Source: Cyanophora paradoxa CCMP329
Taxonomy: Eukaryota; Plantae; Glaucophyta
NCBI GenBank assembly: GCA_004431415.1
Contig: QPMI01000451.1
Span: 66,091 to 130,090, forward strand
Length of the DNA: 64,000 nucleotides
Reading direction: 5' to 3'
In this document: piece after piece, positions 23,473-34,117 of the stretch
How the letters are laid out: the number at the start of each line of letters is the position of its first letter
How positions within the stretch are numbered: the first letter of the stretch is position 1
Translations under genes and position numbers: made by a program
The notes under the pieces: generated by a model
What the model was told of the DNA's origin: nothing
Database searches by the model: none
Seen by the model: the letters and a program-made list of their open reading frames with translations, nothing else

Positions 23473-25378
23473 TTGCTAGGGACCTAGGTGCGCATACTAC
23501 CCAGAAAGTTAATTGCATCACTCGGTTGGGGAGTGTGTGTTGTGCTATGGCGGGGCGAGGGGGGGAGCGCGCTACGCGCCAGCTGGCATAAATAAAGAGA
23601 CCCTTACATAGAGCAGTTCGCAAGTGGTGGCGTCGACGTCTAGCGCCGCTACCATCGATTTTCGACCACTGCGGGCGCGGGATTCGCGGCGCGCGATCGG
23701 CAAGACAGCTACACGAGTGCTAGGGAATCGGCGCGCATAGGTCCTTTTTGCTAGCGGATCCCCGCTGCGCGCCCGCGCGCCAAGGTCCCGCGCGCCCGCT
23801 TGCGGAGGGGGGGGACAGCGATTCCGTCATGCAGTCCGCGCTGCTAGCGCTCTGGTCGCGTTATGCATGCGCGGTACAGCGCAACGATTGCGCTGTGTAC
23901 CGCTTCGGGTTCGCTGTCCCCCCCGGTTTTGGGCAGCCCCAAAACCGGCGCTGGCGCGGCGGCGGCAGCGCGGAGGACCCGAAGCGGTACACAGCGCAAT
24001 CGTTGCGCTGTACCGCGCATGCATAACGCGACCAGAGCGCTAGCAGCGCGGACTGCATGACGGAACAAGCGAGTCCCTGCGGAGCAGGAGTGGCCTTGGG
24101 TCTTGGGGCTTCGAATTCAAGGCGTGAGGGTGGGAGCTCTTTGTTTTTAAACGGGGGCCCGCAACCGCGCGCGGTTACGGGGGAGGGGGGAGGAGAAACA
24201 GGGGGGTCCACTCGGCAAGGGTACACACTCAAGTAAAGAGGGTACAGAATTGTGCCGCAAGGGTACAGAGATCGATGCGGGGCCCAATCGGCCGCAGTTG
24301 TACCGAGCACAGGCCCCGAGGGGCCCATTGGTCGTTTCCGAAGTTCAGCTGAATGGAAACGACTTTCGGCGCTTTTTGGAGGTGGTTAATAATTATCTAT
24401 GAATCATTTGAATGTAATTCGCAGTAATATTTTTTTTTAAAGATCTACGGTGGGCGTGCCCACTCGTAGTACACAACGAGGATACAAGTCACGGTATCGG
24501 GAATCACAAGGATTCGAAGTACAACGTAGCGGAAACAGCAGGAACCGAACCCGGGAATCCGGGAGGTCGTAGCACGACCTTAATTCGCAGTAATAAGGCT
24601 CTGTCTAAATTGTTTATTTCAAATATCTTTCAATCAACGCATCAAATACTTTTAAATCCCACATCGTGGCACACTGCGACCCTGTCTCATACAAATTTGC
24701 AGGCCGACATCGTGGCGCCCCGTTAATTTGGACACTAATTCCTAGCGAATGGGATGCGGTCTCTTGAAATTAATAATTTTCAAATTTCGACTTGGAAGGC
24801 CAATGTGATTTGCGCTTTGAGTTTTTTTCCGGGAAAATGCTTTTCGACGCTTCTCGACGTGCTGTTAGTGCTTGTTAGAGGTGTCGCATTTGAAAAGTAG
24901 CGCCGCCATCGTGCTCCCTAGGGTCGAAAATGGGTACCTAGGTCTAAAAATTTTGTCTATAAAATCAATTTGAAGTTTGCCACACTGTGACAAGATACGC
25001 ACAGACCTAAGGGCCTCTCCTTTCCCCAAGGCCGATCGCTGTCCCCCCCCTCCGCAAGCGGGCGCGCGGGACCTTGGCGCGCGGGCGCGCAGCGGGGATC
25101 CGCTAGCAAAAAGGACCTATGCGCGCCGATTCCCTAGCACTCGTGTAGCTGTCTTGCCGATCGCGCGCCGCGAATCCCGCGCCCGCAGTGGTCGAAAACC
25201 GATGGTAACGGGGCTAGACGCCGCATAACGTATGATGATCAGCATCCCCCAATCTTTATTTATGCCAGCTGGCGCGTAGCGCGCTTCCCCCCTCGCCCCG
25301 CCATCGCACAACACACACTCCCCAACCGAGTGGTGCAATTAATTTTCTAGCAGAATGCGCTCTTGTGTCCCTGATACC
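23473..25378. mobile_element. Internally deleted, palindromic sister copy of the foldback element in opposite orientation, interrupted by an insertion
   Basis: Begins with the B-type end (TTGCTAGGGACCTAGG) and ends with the A-type end (CTTGTGTCCCTGATACC). The arms meet in an 89-bp perfect IR at 23822-23910/23977-24065. Confidence 0.85.
24066..25034 (-). mobile_element. About 970-bp non-autonomous Helentron-like insertion
   Basis: Splits GACGGAATCGCTG (intact at about 22857) at the AA (TT on minus) with one extra A and no longer TSD. Asymmetric IR GGCCTTGGG (24092-24100)/CCCAAGGCC (25025-25033), with hairpin CCTGC-GGA-GCAGG outside the IR. Confidence 0.75.
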
Positions 25379-25604
25379 TGATGATATGGCACGCCTTGAC
25401 GGTCTACGTTTACTAAGTTACGCGAGTAGAGTACTGTCAATCGAGTGACATGTACGTACACAGTGATCATGACCCCTCCCCCTCCCATTCAAGATTGTAA
25501 TCATGATCATTGAATCCGAATTCCCTCTCAGAGTCTTCCCTCCGAGGCTCGCCACTAGTACTATATATAAAACTTGAATCGAACTGTAAGTTCGTCTGAA
25601 CTGT

Positions 25605-28600
25605 ATAAGTTCGTCAGATCTACTAGGCTAGAGCCTAGATTAGAGGCTCCCTGATCATGAGGTCCCGGAGCTCGAGTCCCGGTCGAGCCTTTAATTTAAT
25701 TTATGCATCTGGTCCAGGGTTTGAAACTTGATTTCATGCTTCATGACCGCCGGGGCAGCTGCAGGGCCTAATTATAAATATAAGCGCTCCGGATCCGAAA
25801 ATCAGCCTCATTCGAATTCACTGAGTCATGATTGAAAACTTCCGAATTCGAATTCAAGCAAGATGATCCAGGGCCGTATACGTAGCTGGATTACTAGCGT
25901 ATCGCTGTGTAAGTTCGTCAGATCTACTAGGCTAGAGCCTAGATTAGAGGCTCCCTGATCATGAGGTCCCGGAGCTCGAGTCCCGGTCGAGCCTTTGCGC
26001 TGAGCGGGATGCGCTAAGCAGTTGGCTAGGCCCAGAGGCGCCCCAAGCAGAGAGGGACAGGCCCGTACGGCACCGTAGGGCGGCGGCAAGCGGGTGCCAT
26101 TACGTACACAGCAGGCGCAGAGCCAGCGTAAGACAGAGAGAACAAGAGAACAAGGACGTCGACAGACAGCAAGCGAGCGCCGCGCAGGGCAAGCGAGGGC
26201 CCAGGGCTAAAATAAGCGGGCCAGTTGGCAACAACGTGGCACCAGGAATAGCAGGCTACAAAGGTACAAGGCAAGGCAAGCTGCCGGCTTAGAGCCGACG
26301 ACCAGGGCTAGCTGGGAGTCGGAAAGTGGGCGGCACACGCTTCCCGCTACAAAAAGCCGTCCTCGGCGCTACGAGCTAAAGGCTGAACTAAAGCTGCGTA
26401 GGCGAGGCTGAACGGACTACGAGCCAAAAGCCGGCTACCGTCCCTGCACAGAAAGCCGTCCTCGGCGCCACAGCGGGCGGGCCAGAGGGGCAAATTAAAA
26501 TCCATCAGGCCGTCGGCACCAGTATGAGGAACTGGGCCCAACAAGGGAAGTTGGGTGAGGGACCCACGACCTGACGCCAGAGCGCGCGGAGCGCCGCCAG
26601 CCAACCGGGGCAAACCCTCTAAATCCCGCCGGAAGGGAAAACGAGTGCTAGCGCTAGCACTAAGCTCGAATTCGAAGCCGCGCCGCGCCACACGAGCCGC
26701 CGGGCCGCGGCGGCGCCGGGTCGAAAGTTCCACAGTGTAGAAGGTACTTGACGTAGAGTGTAGTAGTGTAGGACCGCAGGCTCGATCAGCAGAGCCGCAG
26801 CGGTAGAGTACGCGTTGCGGGCCAAGCTCGGCGCAGCTTGCCGCATTGCGTTGCCAAGTGACTCGGCCGGCGGAGTCACAAGGCGGGGCGATCGGTCAGC
26901 ACAGTAGAGTGTGCAGCCGCGTACGCGTAGAGCAGGCAAGCCATGAAGAGTAGAGGCGGCGAGCCAGTCGTACGGGGTCAGGCTCCGCAGCAGCAGCAGG
27001 CCACTGGTCGCATCAAACAGACCCATCGCCAAGGATCCTCCGCGATCAGACGGGATGGCAAACCACGGATACAGCCATCGAGTCCGCCGGCGTACGCAGA
27101 TGCAGCGCGTAGCCGGGGCTTAGGCAGGCCACCATCGCGGGACAGGAGACAGCATCAGCGCGGCCCGGAATGATCATCGGTGCTCGCGTGATAGTCGTAG
27201 GCAAGACGTATGGACCTCTCAGCAGCGGAGAGTCGCAAGCGGAGGCTTGGTCGGAATCACCCGGACTAGAGCGCCGGTGCGTGCTGGCTTGGTCAGCGTG
27301 GAATCACCCACAGCTAAGCAGACCGAAACAGCGCTGGCGTCCAGCTGGCATCACCCAGCTGCCAGGTTCAACCGATGCACGGGAATCACCCGACGGGCCG
27401 ACGCAGTCGACGCGCGAACGTGAAGACTGGTCGCGGGGCATCACCCAGTGCTGCTTGCTGACGCTCCTCAACAGACAGGTCCGCTGTCCGCCGTCCAACT
27501 TTAGCTATGGCTGCTCACGTCGTCGTAGGACGTTCCAGAGCGCATCCTTTACGCTTCTGTTGACCTCCGCCCGCCGGACAGGCCTCGGTCAGACCTCCGC
27601 CCGCTGAACAGGCCTCGGTCGCTGATCAAACGCCCACGACAGGAAGAAAACGACAGTTCGCACACGCTTGAGATGTGCGTGAAGCGACTGACATCTGGCT
27701 TGACGAGCTGGACGTCCCGGAGAAGGGCAGCTACGTCGTCGGAGCCAGGGCAAGGTCTTGGCATCTTGTCTGCCGACTAGGTGCGACAGTGCGCCCGGTA
27801 GGCTTGACAACAGATAGATGCGCTTCCTCGCATAGAGATCGCTGTCAAGTGGAGCTGCGCCGGCTTCCACTGACGCGTACGCAACCCGCAGAGCCGAGAG
27901 AGACGCGGAGCCGCACGTCCTCTGGATGCAGGGTGGAGTCAAGTGGAGTGATCCTCACGAGGGATGCCACTCGCCGCCGCTGAGCGTGCCTCGGGAGGTC
28001 CGCAGGCGCCACTGCAGCCGTCGTAGGTGAGACCTCGGGCGCGTACTGGGCCTTGTTATCCCAGGGGCTTTCACGTCGCAGCGGTTTGACTCCATGCGTT
28101 CTTCAGATACACTCGCCACCATTGAGCGTGCCTCGGGCTAGCCGGAGGTGCCATCGCAGCCGTCGTAGGTGAGACCTCGGGCGCGTACTGGGGCCATGTT
28201 ATCCCAGGGCATTCACGTCTTGGCGGGCTGACTCTGTACTTTCTGCAGAGAGAAAAGATTGATTGACCGGCGCTTCATAGCTGCCTTGCGAGCCTGGCAT
28301 GTCACGAGCATGCGGGCAACTCGACAAAACAAGACGACGACGAAAAGAAGGTATGTTTGTGAAGAATACTCAGTCAGACAGCTTTAATCATCATACGTCT
28401 CACTGCACGTGGACCAGAGAAGAAACGACAGGAAGAACGACGTTCAGCCTCGCCTACGTAGCTTTAGTTCAGCCTTTAGCTCGTAGCGCCGAGGACGGCA
28501 GCAGCCCCCATGCGCTGAGCGGGATGCGCTAAGCAGTTGGCTAGGCCCAGAGGCGCCCCAAGCAGAGAGGGACAGGCCCGTACGGCACCGTAGGGCGGCG

Positions 28601-31600
28601 GCAAGCGGGTGCCATTACGTACACAGCAGGCGCAGAGCCAGCGTAAGACAGATAGTAAGACAGAGAGAACAAAGACAGATCTGGCAAGGACAGCAAGCGA
28701 GCGCCGCGCGGGGCAAGCGAGGGCCCAGGGCTAAAATAAGCGGGCCAGTTGGCAACAACGTGGCACCAGGAATAGCAGGCTACAAAGGGTACAAGGCAAG
28801 GCAAGCTGCCGGCTTAGAACCGACGACCAGGGCTAGCTGGGATCGGAGTCGGAAAGTGGGCGGCACACGCTTCCCGCTACAAAAAGCCGTCCTCGGCGCT
28901 ACGAGCTAAAGGCTGAACTAAAGCTACGTAGGCGAGGCTGAACGTTAACGGACTACGAAAGGGACAGGCCCGTACAGCACCGTAGGGCGACGGCAAGCGG
29001 GTGCCATTACGTAGACAGCAGGCGCAGAGCCGGCGTAAGACAGCAAGTACAGAGAACAGGGACGTCGACAGACAGCAAGCGAGCGCCGCGCAGGGCAAGC
29101 GAGGGCCCAGGGCTAAAATAAGCGGGCCAGTTGGCAACAACGTGGCACCAGGAATAGCAGGCTACAAAGGGTACAAGGCAAGGCAAGCTGCCGGCTTAGA
29201 GCCGACGACCAGGGCTAGCTGGGAGTCGGAAAGTGGGCGGCACACGCTTCCCGCTACAAAAAGCCGTCCTCGGCGCTACGAGCTAAAGGCTGAACTAAAG
29301 CTGCGTAGGCGAGGCTGAACGGACTACGAGCCAAAAGCCGGCTACCGTCCCTGCACAGAAAGCCGTCCTCGGCGCCACAGCGGCGGGCCAGAGGGGCAAA
29401 TTAAAATCCATCAGGCCGTCGGCACCAGTATGAGGAACTGGGCCCAACAAGGGAAGTTGGGTGAGGGACCCACGACCTGACGCCAGAGCGCGCGGAGCGC
29501 CGCCAGCCAACCGGGGCAAACCCTCTAAATCCCGCCGGAAGGGAAAACGAGTGCTAGCGCTAGCACTAAGCTCGAATTCGAAGCCGGCGCCGCGCCACAC
29601 GAGCCGCCGGGCCGCGGCGGCGCCGGGTCGAAAGTTCCACAGTGTAGAAGGTACTTGACGTAGAGTGTAGTAGTGTAGGACCGCAGGCTCGATCAGCAGA
29701 GCCGCAGCGGTAGAGTACGCGTTGCGGCCAAGCTCGGCGCAGCTTGCCGCATTGCGTTGCCAAGTGACTCGGCCGGCGGAGTCACAAGGCGGGCGATCGG
29801 TCAGCACAGTAGAGTGTGCAGCCGCGTACGCGTAGAGCAGGCAAGCCATGAAGAGTAGAGGCGGCGAGCCAGTCGTACGGGGTCAGGCTCCGCAGCAGCA
29901 GCAGGCCACTGGTCGCATCAAACAGACCCATCGCCAAGGATCCTCCGCGATCAGACGGGATGGCAAACCACGGATACAGCCATCGAGTCCGCCGGCGTAC
30001 GCAGATGCAGCGCGTAGCCGGGGCTTAGGCAGGCCACCATCGCGGGACAGGAGACAGCATCAGCGCGGCCCGGAATGATCATCGGTGCTCGCGTGATAGT
30101 CGTAGGCAAGACGTATGGACCTCTCAGCAGCGGAGAGTCGCAAGCGGAGGCTTGGTCGGAATCACCCGGACTAGAGCGCCGGTGCGTGCTGGCTTGGTCA
30201 GCGTGGAATCACCCACAGCTAAGCAGACCGAAACAGCGCTGGCGTCCAGCTGGCATCACCCAGCTGCCAGGTTCAACCGATGCACGGGAATCACCCGACG
30301 GGCCGACGCAGTCGACGCGCGAACGTGAAGACTGGTCGCGGGGCATCACCCAGTGCTGCTTGCTGACGCTCCTCAACAGACAGGTCCGCTGTCCGCCGTC
30401 CAACTTTAGCTATGGCTGCTCATGTCGTCGTAGGACGTTCCAGAGCGCATCCTTTACGCTTCTGTTGACCTCCGCCCGCCGGACAGGCCTCGGTCAGACC
30501 TCCGCCCGCTGAACAGGCCTCGGTCGCTGATCAAACGCCCACGACAGGAAGAAAACGACAGTTCGCACACGCTTGAGATGTGCGTGAAGCGACTGACATC
30601 TGGCTTGACGAGCTGGACGTCCCGGAGAAGGGCAGCTACGTCGTCGGAGCCAGGGCAAGGTCTTGGCATCTTGTCTGCCGACTAGGTGCGACAGTGCGCC
30701 CGGTAGGCTTGACAACAGATAGATGCGCTTCCTCGCATAGAGATCGCTGTCAAGTGGAGCTGCGCCGGCTTCCACTGACGCGTACGCAACCCGCAGAGCC
30801 GAGAGAGACGCGGAGCCGCACGTCCTCTGGATGCAGGGTGGAGTCAAGTGGAGTGATCCTCACGAGGGATGCCACTCGCCGCCGCTGAGCGTGCCTCGGA
30901 CGGTCCGCAGGCGCCACCGCAGCCGTCGTAGGTGAGACCTCGGGCGCGTACTGGGGCCATGTTATCCCAGGGGCTTTCACGTCGCAGCGGTTTGACTCCA
31001 TGCGTTCTTCAGATACACTCGCCACCATTGAGCGTGCCTCGGGCTAGCCGGAGGTGCCATCGCAGCCGTCGTAGGTGAGACCTCGGGCGCGGACTGGGGC
31101 CATGTTATCCCAGGGCATTCACGTCTTGGCGGGCTGACTCTGTACTTTCTGCAGAGAGCAAAGATTGGTTGACTGGCGCTTCATAGCTGCCTTGCGAGCC
31201 TGGCATGTCACGAGCATGCGGGCAACTCGACAAAACAAGACGACGACGAAAAGAAGGTATGTTTGTGAAGAATACTCAGTCAGACAGCTTTAATCATCAT
31301 ACGTCTCACTGCACGTGGACCAGAGAAGAAACGACATGCCACGACGACAAGAAGATCATCATTCGATCGGCGTCAACACGCAATTCGATCGGATGACAAC
31401 ATGTGTAGATGTAGATGTAGCTGGTGTTGCTCCACATACAATACAATACAGTTTCACTCGACATGCGCGCGGGCTGCATCAGCATTTGCTCTTGAGCGCA
31501 GCAACGGCACGTTTAGATGACTGCGAGCGCATGCGGCTCAATAGACGGGTTGGCGGACGCTTCCCACTACAGAAAGAGTGGCGCGCCAGGTCCGTAAGCA

Positions 31601-33080
31601 AGAAAAGGCGCAGTGGCGGGTGGAAAGGCATGAACCATGCGGTTCGTATTGCTAAGCTCTGCCGCATAGGCGCTTCCCACTACAAGAGAGTGGAGGCCGT
31701 ACGCGCAAGCCGAGGCAAACGATGGCATGCTTGTCCAGGGGTTCGGGCAAGAGCGCAGCGTTCGTCCCCAGGCATACGAGCTAAAAAGTCGAAGCCCAAC
31801 GCAGCAGCCCCCATGCGCTGAGCGGGATGCGCTAAGCAGTTGGCTAGGCCCAGAGGCGCCCCAAGCAGAAAGGGACAGGCCCGTACAGCACCGTAGGGCG
31901 ACGGCAAGCGGGTGCCATTACGTAGACAGCAGGCGCAGAGCCGGCGTAAGACAGCAAGTACAGAGAACAGGGACGTCGACAGACAGCAAGCGAGCGCCGC
32001 GCAGGGCAAGCGAGGGCCCAGGGCTAAAATAAGCGGGCCAGTTGGCAACAACGTGGCACCAGGAATAGCAGGCTACAAAGGGTACAAGGCAAGGCAAGCT
32101 GCCGGCTTAGAGCCGACGACCAGGGCTAGCTGGGAGTCGGAAAGTGGGCGGCACAGTTCGGGCAAGAGCGCAGCGTTCGTCCCCAGGCATACGAGCTAAA
32201 AAGTCGAAGCCCAACGCAGCAGCCCCCATGCGCTGAGCGGGATGCGCTAAGCAGTTGGCTAGGCCCAGAGGCGCCCCAAGCAGAGAGGGACAGGCCCGTA
32301 CGGCACCGTAGGGCGGCGGCAAGCGGGTGCCATTACGTACACAGCAGGCGCAGAGCCAGCGTAAGACAGAGAGAACAAGAGAACAAGGACGTCGACAGAC
32401 AGCAAGCGAGCGCCGCGCAGGGCAAGCGAGGGCCCAGGGCTAAAATAAGCGGGCCAGTTGGCAACAACGTGGCACCAGGAATAGCAGGCTACAAAGGGTA
32501 CAAGGCAAGGCAAGCTGCCGGCTTAGAGCCGACGACCAGGGCTAGCTGGGAGTCGGAAAGTGGGCGGCACACCTTTAATTTAATTTATGCATCTGGTCCA
32601 GGGTTTGAAACTTGATTTCATGCTTCATGACCGCCGGGGCAGCTGCAGGGCCTAATTATAAATATAAGCGCTCCGGCCCCCCGGCGGATCCGAAAATCAG
32701 CCTCATTCGAATTCATGATTGAAAACTTCCGAATTCGAATTCAAGCAAGATGATCCAGGGCCGTATACGTAGCTGGATTACTAGCGTATCGCTGTGTAAG
32801 TTCGTCAGATCTACTAGGCTAGAGCCTCAGGGGCCTAGATTAGAGGCTCCCTGATCATGAGGTCCCGGAGCTCGAGTCCCGGTCGAGCCTTTAATTTAAT
32901 TTATGCATCTGGTCCAGGGTTTGAAACTTGATTTCATGCTTCATGACCGCCGGGGCAGCTGCAGGGCCTAATTATAAATATAAGCGCTCCGGATCCGAAA
33001 ATCAGCCTCATTCGAATTCATGATTGAAAACTTCCGAATTCGAATTCAAGCAAGATGATCCAGGGCCGTATACGTAGCTT
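25605..33080. repeat. About 300-bp tandem repeat, 3 copies; copy 2 is split by the LTR element
   Basis: TAAGTTCGTCAGATCTACTAGG starts at about 25606, 25910 and 32797. Copy 2 breaks at 25995 and resumes at 32572. Confidence 0.9.
25996..32571 (-). mobile_element. Non-autonomous LTR retrotransposon complex (TRIM/LARD-like), five LTR copies
   Basis: TG...CA LTRs of about 342 bp at 25996-26337, 28511-28867, about 28957-29244 (partial), 31814-32155 and 32229-32571. 4-bp TSD CCTT (25992-25995/32572-32575). Minus-strand PBS-like TGGGGGCT directly after the LTR; purine-rich GTAGCGGGAAGCG before the other LTR. Internal region duplicated (26338-28428 vs 29245-31333). No RT or integrase motifs seen. Confidence 0.9.
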
Positions 33081-33229
33081 GTCATCAGCCCTTGGCGGCA
33101 CGTGTGGCCGACCGTCGGACCTGACTCCGCGTACACGTGAGCTGCATCGGCGCACGCGGGCGCGGAGCCCTTGGCGGCACCGGCCGCAGGCCGCATGCAC
33201 AGGCGCAGGCAGCCGGCACGCGGACGCGC

Positions 33230-33700
33230 CGAAAGCCATACGGGAAGCCCGCCGGTCAAGGGGACGACGCTGACGGCTCCGATCCAGCACGCGCTCGAAG
33301 ACGCGCGCGCTCAACGCTGAACACAATGTCCCCATGGCCCTCCTGCGGCGCAAGTGCGAGCGGCTGCGCGGCTCGAGGAACCCCGGCAATTGAAAGCTTA
33401 AGTCGGTCCGGGCGATGCGCCCCTTTCCAGCCCGCGATACGCGGTCCAGGAGATTTCGCACGCCGGAACGTTCGCGTCGCCAGTGATCTTGGTCGCCTGC
33501 GCAAGGCTGCCACACCGCTGCAGGAGCAAAAGCTCCTGCACACGATCGCGAGGGAGATCAGTTTAAGGGGGCGCGCATCTCTAGCGCGACTCGCCTCGCC
33601 GTGGCCGCCGTATTCCCCTCGGATGAGAACGGCCGGATCCGAGTCGACGCAAAGCGGGACGCCGGCGTCGCAGCACGCCTGCCGGAGCCGCAGGCCCGCA
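33230..33700 (+). pseudogene. Degenerate copy of the sequence at about 42860-43370
   Basis: Shared blocks such as CCAGCACGCGCTCGAAGACGCG, CTCAACGCTGAACACAATGTCCCCATGGCCCTCCT and CCAGGAGATTTCGCACGCCGGAACG, with indels. Confidence 0.5.
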
Positions 33701-33730
33701 GCCAAGCGGAGCGCAGCCATGGCCAAGCTT

Positions 33731-33815
33731 AAGAGGCGAAGTCGCGCGCAGCGGAGCCAAGAGGCGAAGTCGCGCGCAGCGGAGCCAAGAGGCGAAGTCG
33801 CGCGCAGCGGAGCCA
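33731..33815. repeat. 28-bp tandem repeat x3
   Basis: AAGAGGCGAAGTCGCGCGCAGCGGAGCC repeated three times. Confidence 0.9.
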
Positions 33816-34117
33816 GTTTTGGGGCCTGCCGCTTGAGTGGCCAGCTCGGCCAGGAGGGTCGGCCAGCAGGCAACGACGTCGACCCGGCGAAACGGACTTG
33901 AACGTTCCCCCCCCCCCCTCCCCCCCCCCCCCCCCCCCGTGCTTTACGGCTCGTGCTTTTACGGCTCGCTGGAGCCTTGCTGGAGCTAAGGATTGGGCGA
34001 TCGTCTCTATCCGATATTCGCGGACAGCGCTTGCCGCGCCAACGAACGACCGTTGAAGTTTGGTCCGGGCCGCGCCCACTCGACGAGCCTGGAGCCCTCG
34101 CTCTCCGGATAGCCAGG

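Noticed and set aside
14555-25378. Composite transposon bounded by the two A ends
   Set aside because: The flanks (AATAACACT / TGATGATAT) show no TSD, so there is no evidence that it moved as a unit.
26338-31813. gag/pol or tyrosine-recombinase (DIRS/Ngaro) coding in the LTR element
   Set aside because: No RT, RNase H, integrase or YR motifs seen. TG...CA ends with a TSD indicate integrase-type insertion in trans.
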